Source: an uncultured Clostridium sp.
Lineage (GTDB): Bacteria; Bacillota; Clostridia; Christensenellales; CAG-138
Length of the DNA: 57,150 bases
Assembly (NCBI GenBank): GCA_964600045.1
Contig: CAZRHS010000001.1
Location: 77,877-135,026 of the forward strand
Direction: 5' to 3'
This document shows, one piece after another, positions 49,204-57,150 of this stretch; the first letter of the stretch is position 1, and each line of letters begins with the position of its first letter. The notes beneath the pieces were generated by a model. It made no database searches. It was not told where the DNA came from and saw nothing but the letters and a program-made list of their open reading frames with translations. A program made the position numbers and the translations under genes.

Positions 49204-49584
49204 ATGAAAAAGCAGATAAACGCAGTAAACGCTCCCGCGGCAATAGGACCCTACTGCCATGCCACCGAGGCCAACGGATTTATATTCACCTCCGGCCAGC
49301 TGGGCTTTGATCCCGAAACCGGCAAGCTTCGCGAGGGTGTAGAGGCTCAGGCCAGGCAGTCCTTCACAAACCTTAAAACCGTGCTTGAAAGCGCCGGCTC
49401 ATCCCTTGACGATGTGCTGAAAACCACCGTATTTGTGGCGGATCTTGCGGACTTTGGCAAGGTAAACGCCATATATGCCGAGTTCTTCGGACCCAACTAC
49501 CCCGCCAGGAGCTGCGTGCAGGTTGCCGCGCTTCCCGCAGGCGGCCTTGTGGAGGCTGAAGTAATAGCTGTCAAAAAGGCCTAA
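49204..49584 (+). CDS. ridA: RidA-family reactive intermediate deaminase
   Basis: APAAIGPYCHA ... SGQLGFDPETG ... PARSCVQVAALP. Confidence 0.92.
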   Translation: MKKQINAVNAPAAIGPYCHATEANGFIFTSGQLGFDPETGKLREGVEAQARQSFTNLKTVLESAGSSLDDVLKTTVFVADLADFGKVNAIYAEFFGPNYPARSCVQVAALPAGGLVEAEVIAVKKA

Positions 49585-49598
49585 ATCGGGCTTAGGCA

Positions 49599-50828
49599 AT
49601 GAAATGCCGCATATCGGCACAACAGGCATTTAATTTTCGCCCTCTCGTTCCCTTGGCCGCGGGCCTTGGGTGCGGGGTAGGCATAGGTATGCACATAAGC
49701 GGAGCGTTCGCCATATTGGCGGCGCTCCTTCTGTTTGCTTCGGCATATATAATGCATATAAAAAAGCAGCGCGCGGCAATGCTTTTGCTTATAGGCGCGG
49801 CGGCAGGACTTATCCGCGTGATAGGCTACGCGTTCCTTTCGCGGGAGCAGGTTGAGCAGGCGATAGACGATGCCAAGTATTCTGCGGGTCAAACGCCAAA
49901 GGCTCTTCTTGGCGCGGTTGAAAGCATGTATGAGCGCTGTGACGAGCTTTTCGGCGAGGCCTCACCGCTTGCCAGGGCAATATTGCTTGGTGACAGGAGC
50001 ACGCTCACCTATTTTCAGCGGGATGCCTTCAGAACTTGCGGCGTTTCGCATACGCTTGCGCTAAGCGGCCTTCATGTTTCGGCCCTTTCGTTGGTGCTGG
50101 TGCGCTGCATACCCGCAAGTAAGCCGAGAATTCGCGCGGCGGCGGTGTTCGCGTTCCTTGGGCTTTACTGTGCCGTGGCGGGTTTCCCGTCAAGCCTTCT
50201 TCGCGCGGCCATAATGTTTATGTGCATTCTGTTCGCGCCGCTCTGCCTGAGGCGAAGCGACACGGCATCCGCCCTTTCGCTGGCCTTTTTGATAATAGTC
50301 GCGGTTCAGCCGCTAAGCATATATTCGGCGGGCTTTTGCCTGTCCTTCTCAGCGGTTGCGGGAATAGCCATGCTCTATGGGCCTATTATGGCGCATATGC
50401 CCAAGGCCTTCGCCTCGGTTGCCACAACCGTTGCGGCAACGCTTGGTACCCTGCCGTTTACGGTATCCTTTTTCGGCACGTTCAGCACATATTCGATTAT
50501 AGCGAACATATTCATAGTTCCGCTTATAACGCTTTCGCTGCCCGTTGGGCTTGTGGCGCTTGCGCTTTCGTATGTATATATGCCGCTCGGTGCGCTGATT
50601 GCCGTTCCCGCTAGGCTTATGCTCGGCGCGAGTGAGGCCGTAAGCTCGGCCATGGCGGGGCTGCCGGGCTCCATAATATATCTTTCGGGCTTTAACGGGG
50701 CTGTAAGCGTTCTTTATTTCGCGGCGCTTATAATGCTTTCAAAATATTGCCTGCTTGAGCGGAACAAAAAGCTTATCGCGGGCTGTTCGCTGCTCGGCGC
50801 GGCTGTAATGGGAGTCATTCTTTCTTGA
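49599..50828 (+). CDS. comEC: ComEC/Rec2-family membrane protein, short form (no C-terminal metallo-beta-lactamase domain)
   Basis: Competence-domain block FRTCGVSHTLALSGLHVS, polytopic. Immediately upstream of holA, as in Bacillus. Start codon is uncertain. Confidence 0.8.
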   Translation: MKCRISAQQAFNFRPLVPLAAGLGCGVGIGMHISGAFAILAALLLFASAYIMHIKKQRAAMLLLIGAAAGLIRVIGYAFLSREQVEQAIDDAKYSAGQTPKALLGAVESMYERCDELFGEASPLARAILLGDRSTLTYFQRDAFRTCGVSHTLALSGLHVSALSLVLVRCIPASKPRIRAAAVFAFLGLYCAVAGFPSSLLRAAIMFMCILFAPLCLRRSDTASALSLAFLIIVAVQPLSIYSAGFCLSFSAVAGIAMLYGPIMAHMPKAFASVATTVAATLGTLPFTVSFFGTFSTYSIIANIFIVPLITLSLPVGLVALALSYVYMPLGALIAVPARLMLGASEAVSSAMAGLPGSIIYLSGFNGAVSVLYFAALIMLSKYCLLERNKKLIAGCSLLGAAVMGVILS

Positions 50829-50859
50829 ACGGATACAACTGATTGGATATAATAGAAGC

Positions 50860-51849
50860 ATGGAACGCAACGATTTTATAAAGGCCGCAAATAAGCGCGA
50901 GCTTGCGGGCGCATATCTGCTTTATGGCGAGGAGGAATTTTTAAGGCAAAATGCCGTAAACTCCGCGCTTAATATTGTCGACCCCGCAATGCGGGCGCTG
51001 AACGTGGATATTCTGGAAACCGCGCAGGCGGATGCCGTTATAGCGGCGGCGGAAACGCTGCCATTCATGGCCGAAAAAAGGGTTGTGCTCTGCAAGGAAC
51101 TGCCTGCGGAAGAGGAGGCGGAGCGGCTTTCAAAATATGTTGAAAAAGTGCCGGACAGCACGCTGCTTCTTTTTTCGGTAAAAGGAAAGGTGGACGGGCG
51201 AACCGTATTCCCCAAGGCCATGGCAAAGCTTGGCCGCAGCGTTAACTTTACCCCGCTTACGCCGCAGGAAGCAAAAAGATATATTCAAAAGCGCGCAAAG
51301 TCGCTTGACGCGCCTATAACCGAGCAAACGGCGGCGTTCTTCGTTTCCGTTGCCGGGTGCGACTGCGCCTCGCTCACAAACGAGCTTGATAAGGCGGCGT
51401 CTTACGCGGGCGTGGGCAACGAGATAACAAGAGAAGTTGTAAATAAGGTCGTAACCAAGGATATTGATTATATTGTGTTTACGGTGCTCGATCATTTTAT
51501 AGCAAACCGCCCCACGGACGGTATGCGCACACTTGAGGCGCTGAAGGAAAGCGGACAGGACTCCATGGGCATCTCCATTCTTTTAAGGGACAAGGCAAAG
51601 CTTGTAATACAGGCGCGAAAGCTGAACGAGATGCACCTTACGGATAAAGAAAAAATGGAGCGCATGGGCATAAGCAGCGGCTACACCTGGGTTGTGTGCG
51701 ACATGGCGAAAAAGCTTTCAAAGGCTCAGTTTGGTGCGCTTATGAACGCGGCGGAGGCCTTAACAGAGGTTGTAACAAAGCAGCTTACCGGCGCCGTGCG
51801 CGCGGACGACGCGCTTGTGCAGGCGCTTATGATGCTTGCCCATAAATAA
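50860..51849 (+). CDS. holA: DNA polymerase III delta subunit
   Basis: YLLYGEEEFL N-terminus, 329 aa, comEC-holA synteny. Confidence 0.85.
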   Translation: MERNDFIKAANKRELAGAYLLYGEEEFLRQNAVNSALNIVDPAMRALNVDILETAQADAVIAAAETLPFMAEKRVVLCKELPAEEEAERLSKYVEKVPDSTLLLFSVKGKVDGRTVFPKAMAKLGRSVNFTPLTPQEAKRYIQKRAKSLDAPITEQTAAFFVSVAGCDCASLTNELDKAASYAGVGNEITREVVNKVVTKDIDYIVFTVLDHFIANRPTDGMRTLEALKESGQDSMGISILLRDKAKLVIQARKLNEMHLTDKEKMERMGISSGYTWVVCDMAKKLSKAQFGALMNAAEALTEVVTKQLTGAVRADDALVQALMMLAHK

Positions 51850-51990
51850 TAGAATATTATCAAAAGCCGCGGATACGCATGGGTTCAGTGCGGCTTAATT
51901 TAACTTAGTGTGACGTTTTATGCAATATTATTGCGCGGCACACGGCAAAATATTATAATGAACTGATTAATTTGAGGAAAGGATGCCGTA

Positions 51991-52830
51991 ATGCACGGAT
52001 TTTTCAAAAATAAGCCTTTGATTATAATGCTTGCGGCAATAGTGCTGCTTGGAATACTGGCGTTTGTGTCCGCGTCGGACAGGTCGGTATCGTGGGTGGA
52101 AAGCGCGCTCGGCTCAATAATTCAGCCCGTGCAGACATTCGCGGCAAAGGCTTCGGACAGCATAATAGATTTTTTCCAGCGCGTGTTCAAAACAAGCGAC
52201 GCGGATAAGGAGCTTGAGCAGCTGCAGGTGCGCATGGCGCAGCTTGAGCAGGCGGAGGAGGAAAACTCAACCCTGCAGGCTGAAAACGAGCGGCTTAAAA
52301 AACTGCTCAACTATGTTGAAACGCTTGATAATTACGATTACGTTACCGCCGTTGTAACGGGAAACAGCCAGGGTGTTTGGTTTGAAACGTTTACGATAAA
52401 CGCCGGGCGCAATCAGGGCATAGAAAAAGACATGAGCGTTGTCTGCGCGGACGGGCTCATAGGCAGAATAATAGAGGTTGGCGCGAACTGGAGCAAGGTA
52501 ACGGCCATAATTGATCCTTCAAGCGAGGTAAGCGTTATGGTTGAGCGCACAAGGGATATTGGCGTTGTGCGCGGCGCGTTCAGCGCAACAAGCGACAATC
52601 AGCTGGAGCTTTACTATCTGCCATCTGGCTACGACCTTGTGCCGGGAGACAAAATAGTTACAAGCGGCATGAGCAGCATATTCCCAAAGTCCGTAGTCGT
52701 GGGCACGGTAACAGAGGTTACCAGAAGCTCCGCCGAGGGCACTCAGGCAAACGCCATAATAGAGCCCGCGGTTGACTTTGGCCACCTTGAAGAGGTTTTG
52801 GTGCTTGTAGAAAAGACGGGAGAGGAGTAA
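51991..52830 (+). CDS. mreC: rod shape-determining protein MreC
   Basis: N-terminal TM helix, coiled-coil (LEQLQVRMAQLEQAEEENSTLQAENERLKKLL), and beta-barrel domains with GDKIVTSG. Confidence 0.9.
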   Translation: MHGFFKNKPLIIMLAAIVLLGILAFVSASDRSVSWVESALGSIIQPVQTFAAKASDSIIDFFQRVFKTSDADKELEQLQVRMAQLEQAEEENSTLQAENERLKKLLNYVETLDNYDYVTAVVTGNSQGVWFETFTINAGRNQGIEKDMSVVCADGLIGRIIEVGANWSKVTAIIDPSSEVSVMVERTRDIGVVRGAFSATSDNQLELYYLPSGYDLVPGDKIVTSGMSSIFPKSVVVGTVTEVTRSSAEGTQANAIIEPAVDFGHLEEVLVLVEKTGEE

Positions 52831-52834
52831 GCCC

Positions 52835-53368
52835 ATGCGAAGGTTATACATTGTTATAGCTGCGGCGGTGGGGCTTTATCTTGATTCGGTTCTGTTTGCC
52901 CGGGTGAACATAAGCGGAATAAGGCCGGATGCCATAATGGCGCTTACGGCTTCGCTGGGCGTGCTTTTAGGCATGAAGAACGCGGGCATATTCGGCCTTG
53001 TTGTCGGGCTTATAGCGGATGTGCTTTATTCGCCTATGGTGGGGCTTAGCGCGATGGGATATATGTTCGCCGGAATATTGGGCGGCGCGTTTTATCAAAA
53101 ATACTATGCGGATAATATAATAATACCGGCGCTTGTGGCGGCGGTAGGAGCTATTTTCAAGGAATGCGTAATGGCCGCGGCAAGCTCGATAAGAGGGGCC
53201 GAGTTCGGCTTTTTCACCGTGCTCGGAACATATATACTGCCCTGCGCCCTTATGAGCGCGGCGCTTTGCATGCTTTTGCACGCGCTTTTGCGCCGTGTGT
53301 TCGCAAGCCAGCTGAGGGCGGAACGAAACTATGAGCATGAGGGCCGCAAACCGGGAGGAGCAAAATGA
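52835..53368 (+). CDS. mreD: rod shape-determining protein MreD
   Basis: Polytopic 177-aa membrane protein between mreC and the PBP2 gene. Confidence 0.8.
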   Translation: MRRLYIVIAAAVGLYLDSVLFARVNISGIRPDAIMALTASLGVLLGMKNAGIFGLVVGLIADVLYSPMVGLSAMGYMFAGILGGAFYQKYYADNIIIPALVAAVGAIFKECVMAAASSIRGAEFGFFTVLGTYILPCALMSAALCMLLHALLRRVFASQLRAERNYEHEGRKPGGAK

Positions 53369-56094
53369 AGAAGCCTATTTCCCGAATAATTATAGTGTGC
53401 GTGCTTATGCTTGCCATGATGGGCGCGCTTATATATCGCCTGGGCGTACTTACTATTGAGGAGGGCGAAACCTGGGCATCAAAGGCCGAAAGCCGCTCCA
53501 CGCAAACCATAGACATAAAGGGTGAGCGCGGCAGAATACTTGATAGAAACGGCGTTGTGTTGGCATACAGTGAAACCTGCTACAACGTGGAATTTCTGCG
53601 CGATGCGGACAACCGCACAAGCTACGACTCCGCCGTATATACCGAATCCATAATAAAAGCGATTGAGATAATAGAAAAAAGCGGCGGCGAGACGATAGAC
53701 ACATCCTATATAGTAATGGATGAAAACGGCGAAATAGCCTACGATTGGCGCATAAGCGGCGTTGAAAGCAGCGAGGCGATAGAGCGCGTAAGGCGCATAA
53801 GGTACAAAAACTTTTGCCAGGGCATGTACCTTACAATAAACGACCCCGCTTACGAGGAATACCCAAACGACACCACAAAGTGGAACATGGATCTTTGGCC
53901 AACGGCTGAATACGCCTACAATTACCTTAGAAAAACGTGGTATATTCCCGAGGAGTATACATTTGAGCAGGCAATAAAGGTAATATCCATACGCCAGGAA
54001 ATAAACCTGAATAACTACCGCGCCTACGAGCCCATAACCATAGCGTACAACGTAAGTCAGGAGGTTGTGAGCGAAATTGTTGAGCGCTCAAGCGAGCTTG
54101 TGGGCGTGCAGATAGCGCAGAGCACAACGCGAGTATACCCGCGCGGCGAAACCGCGGCGCACATAGTGGGCTATCTTTCCCGCAGCGCCGATACGGTAAG
54201 CGCATCAAAGCTTGTGGCAATGGGATATACGCGCGAGCAGCTTGAGCCCTATTATCTTAAAAATGACGACGGAACATATCAGCTGGGTGACGATGGCGAC
54301 TACCGCGTGAAGATGACGGATATGGGCTATTCAAACGATGACTATATAGGTGTATCCGGCGTTGAGTACACAATGGAGGCCTACCTTACCGGCGCCACGG
54401 AGGAGCATCAGGGCAAAAGAGAGGTTGAAATAAACAAAAACCTTAGCATAACAAGGGAGCTTTCGTATGTTGAGGCGACCGACGGCAACGACGTTATGCT
54501 TACGATAGACATAGAGCTTCAAACCGTGTGCGAAAACGCGCTGAGTACCCTTATTGAAAAAATAAGGGAGCAGGAGCAGGAACTTATAGACGAGGACGCG
54601 CTTAAGGACGAGGACGAGCAAAAATATCAGGGCAAGGATATAGACCTTGCATCAACCGGCGCAATAGTCGTTATGGACCCGAGAAACGGCGAGGTGCTTG
54701 CGAGCGCAAGCTATCCTTCTTATGACCCGAACTGGTTCACTCAGGGCCTTACGAGTGAGCAGAGCGAGTACCTTTTCGGAGAGGAAGCGAACGACACTAC
54801 CCCGCTTAGGAACAAGGCTGTTTCCGCGCGCTACGCCCCGGGTTCAATATTTAAGCCGCTTACGGCGGTTGCGGGCGTAAGCGAGGGCGTGGTTGAAATA
54901 GACGAAATAGTAAACGACCATGGCGACAGCGGCTATTACTATTTCTATTCCGTTGATGAAGACGGCAAAACGGTTGTTCAGAAGCAGGGCGCGCCGCGCT
55001 GCTGGAGCTACCGCGACCATAGCGCGCACGCAAACATAAACCTTACCCAGGCGCTTACATATTCATGCAACTATTATTTTTGCGAGCTTGCGAACCGCAT
55101 GGGTATAGATACGCTGAACGAATGGATAGGCAAGTTCGGCCTTGACGAAAAAACAAACATAGAGCTTACCGGCGAAACCTCCGGCGTAGGCGGCGGGCAG
55201 AAGGTATTGTTTGACAACGAGCTTACGGACAGCGAAGGAGAGCTTAGCATAAGCGGGCAAAAAACGAGCCTGCCCGTGCTCATATACAACCGCATACGCG
55301 AAAGACTGCGCGAATACGTTACGCGCCGCAGCATGGAAATAGACGAGCAGGCCATAAAATCCTGCGCGCTTAAGCTTATGATGCTGCAGGACGGCAACGG
55401 CCTTGACGGTAAGGGCCCCGACATAAGAAGGATAATGAGCGATGAACTTGGCATACCCGAAGGCTACAGCATAACGCAGAACTGGACAAGCGAAATAGTT
55501 ACATTGCTTAACGAAATTCAGTGGAAGCCCACGCAGACCATACGAGCGGGCTTCGGCCAGGGCACCACGCTTGTTACGCCAATAGCCGTTGCGCGCTACA
55601 TAAGCGCCATAGCCAACGAGGGCACGGTGTACGACGCGAACATAGTGGACAGAATAGTTGACAAGAGCGGCAACGTTATTGAGGACATAAACGCCGATGT
55701 ATACGGCACAATAGGCGAGGATAACGAGGAATGGGATGCCCTTTGGACGGCTGTAAAGCAGGGACTTACGGGCGTTGTGTCCGCGGAGGACCACGGCACG
55801 GCGGCCGATAAATTCTCCGAGGAATTTATAGAAAAATATCTGGATAGGATTGCCGGTAAAACCGGTTCGGCCCAGATAGGTATGAACTCGATAGATATAG
55901 AGAACACAAGCTGGTTCGTATCCTATACCCCGCGTGAGGGCGAGGCGGAGCTTGTTATAGTAATATGCATTCCTTCTGGTTACGCGGGCGCGTGGAGCGT
56001 TAGCGCGGCGGAGGAAATATACACCTATTACTTTAATAAGCAGGATTCCGCCGCGGCGGAAACGCTGGTCGATATAGGCGGAGTTGCCCCATAA
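53365..56094 (+). CDS. mrdA: class B penicillin-binding protein (PBP2-type transpeptidase), unusually long
   Basis: SxxK SIFK (54844), SxN SCN (55063), KTG (55858). N-terminal TM anchor; ATGA overlap with mreD. Confidence 0.9.
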   Translation: MKKPISRIIIVCVLMLAMMGALIYRLGVLTIEEGETWASKAESRSTQTIDIKGERGRILDRNGVVLAYSETCYNVEFLRDADNRTSYDSAVYTESIIKAIEIIEKSGGETIDTSYIVMDENGEIAYDWRISGVESSEAIERVRRIRYKNFCQGMYLTINDPAYEEYPNDTTKWNMDLWPTAEYAYNYLRKTWYIPEEYTFEQAIKVISIRQEINLNNYRAYEPITIAYNVSQEVVSEIVERSSELVGVQIAQSTTRVYPRGETAAHIVGYLSRSADTVSASKLVAMGYTREQLEPYYLKNDDGTYQLGDDGDYRVKMTDMGYSNDDYIGVSGVEYTMEAYLTGATEEHQGKREVEINKNLSITRELSYVEATDGNDVMLTIDIELQTVCENALSTLIEKIREQEQELIDEDALKDEDEQKYQGKDIDLASTGAIVVMDPRNGEVLASASYPSYDPNWFTQGLTSEQSEYLFGEEANDTTPLRNKAVSARYAPGSIFKPLTAVAGVSEGVVEIDEIVNDHGDSGYYYFYSVDEDGKTVVQKQGAPRCWSYRDHSAHANINLTQALTYSCNYYFCELANRMGIDTLNEWIGKFGLDEKTNIELTGETSGVGGGQKVLFDNELTDSEGELSISGQKTSLPVLIYNRIRERLREYVTRRSMEIDEQAIKSCALKLMMLQDGNGLDGKGPDIRRIMSDELGIPEGYSITQNWTSEIVTLLNEIQWKPTQTIRAGFGQGTTLVTPIAVARYISAIANEGTVYDANIVDRIVDKSGNVIEDINADVYGTIGEDNEEWDALWTAVKQGLTGVVSAEDHGTAADKFSEEFIEKYLDRIAGKTGSAQIGMNSIDIENTSWFVSYTPREGEAELVIVICIPSGYAGAWSVSAAEEIYTYYFNKQDSAAAETLVDIGGVAP

Positions 56095-56166
56095 AAGACA
56101 AGCGTGTATAATTAGACAAAACGGAGTGCGCAATATTAACTAATCATCATAGGAGGGTATTTTTTG

Positions 56167-57150
56167 ATGAGCATGCCGGATAGGGTGGCGTTCACCCTTT
56201 TTGGAAAGGACATATACTGGTACGGCGTAATAATGGCCGTTGCCATGATAATTGCCGTATGCATAGCGTACAGCGAGGAAAAACGCAAAAAGCTTAAAAA
56301 GGACACTGTTATAGACATGTGCCTCGTTGTAATCCCCTCGGGCGTTGTGGGAGCGAGGCTCTATTACGTTCTTTTTGAGCTGGACAGCTATCTGCAGGAT
56401 CCCATAACAATACTGTATGTGTGGCGCGGCGGCCTTGCCATATACGGCGCCGTGATAGGCGGCCTGCTTGCGGCGTTCATATTCGCAAAGGTCAGAAAAA
56501 TTCGCTTCCTTACACTTGCGGATATAATTGCTCCGGGCCTTGTGCTGGGCCAGGCGATGGGCCGTTGGGGCAACTTCTTTAATCAGGAGGCGTTCGGCCT
56601 GCCCGTAACGCAGGAAATGCTTGCCGCCCATCCTATACTTGGTTATTTCCCGATAAGCGTTGCCATAGAGGGTACGCATTATTTTGACAATGCAGTCTGC
56701 ACGGCCTGCGCAACGGCGGCAAACGGCGGGCATCTGCACCTTGCAACATTCTTTTATGAATCCATGTGGTGCTTTATCGTATTCATAGTGCTGTGGCTTC
56801 TTCGCAAGCGCGCCAAGCACGATGGCGATACGTTCTTCCTTTACGCTCTGCTTTATTCATTCGAGCGCATGTTCGTTGAGGGACTCCGCGGGGACAGCCT
56901 TTGGCTTATCAAGCCCTCCGCGGCGGGCCTTACGGATGGCGTAAGGGTATCGCAGGCGCTCAGCTTCGCGCTGTTCATAGGCGTGCTGGCGTTCCTTATA
57001 ATCCGCACAATCCGCGAAAAGAAGGAAGGCCGCCTTATGTGGCCCAAACCCATAGCGGTAAGCGAGGATGGCGAAAATACCGAATGCGAGTGCTGCTGCT
57101 GCGACCATGGTGAGGACGAAAAGCAGGAATGCGAATGCGATTGCTGCGAC
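56167..57150 (+). CDS. lgt: prolipoprotein diacylglyceryl transferase with Cys-rich C-terminal tail (3' end beyond window)
   Basis: Not in the ORF track because no stop is reached. AGGAGG lies 10 nt before ATG 56167. My translation gives ...GGLAIYGAVIGG..., GRWGNFFNQEAFG and, at the end, ECECCCCDHGEDEKQECECDCCD. Confidence 0.88.
   Translation, partial: MSMPDRVAFTLFGKDIYWYGVIMAVAMIIAVCIAYSEEKRKKLKKDTVIDMCLVVIPSGVVGARLYYVLFELDSYLQDPITILYVWRGGLAIYGAVIGGLLAAFIFAKVRKIRFLTLADIIAPGLVLGQAMGRWGNFFNQEAFGLPVTQEMLAAHPILGYFPISVAIEGTHYFDNAVCTACATAANGGHLHLATFFYESMWCFIVFIVLWLLRKRAKHDGDTFFLYALLYSFERMFVEGLRGDSLWLIKPSAAGLTDGVRVSQALSFALFIGVLAFLIIRTIREKKEGRLMWPKPIAVSEDGENTECECCCCDHGEDEKQECECDCCD

Overview
This looks like a core-chromosome segment of a moderately GC-rich Firmicute; gene order and protein signatures look Clostridia-like. 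I count about 55 tightly packed protein genes, nearly all recognisable housekeeping functions in classic conserved clusters. On the minus strand: nucleoside kinase-xth-ltaE-glpQ-like, trmO, mfd-pth-pgsA, a heterodimeric ABC exporter pair, parE-parC-rqcH-rdgB-ysnB and pcp. On the plus strand: MOP flippase-mazG-hup, a two-component system, rpsT, rplU-prp-rpmA, hflX, anmK, queA-tgt, tsaE-tsaB-rimI, ridA, comEC-holA, mreC-mreD-PBP2 and lgt. I saw no rRNA, tRNA, CRISPR array, integrase, transposase or phage structural gene, so any novelty here is single genes, domain fusions and regulatory leaders rather than a mobile island. Six items deserve a second look. (1) An orphan 316-aa SIR2-like/AbiH-like gene (34681-35631) sits at the end of the rdgB-ysnB run. 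(2) The HflX GTPase carries an N-terminal extension with an exact JAMM/RadC-type HxHPxGx4Sx2D signature, directly after the L27-processing protease operon. (3) Tandemly duplicated 26-codon hydrophobic micro-ORFs lie divergent from a LysR regulator at the left edge. (4) A promoter, a 27-codon uORF and an intrinsic terminator precede the ABC exporter pair, which suggests ribosome-mediated attenuation. (5) Lgt has a Cys/Glu/Asp-rich C-terminal tail running off the right edge. (6) There are several lesser architecture oddities: a short ComEC, an over-long PBP2 and a charged Pth tail. All family assignments come from reading motifs by eye; no searches were run.
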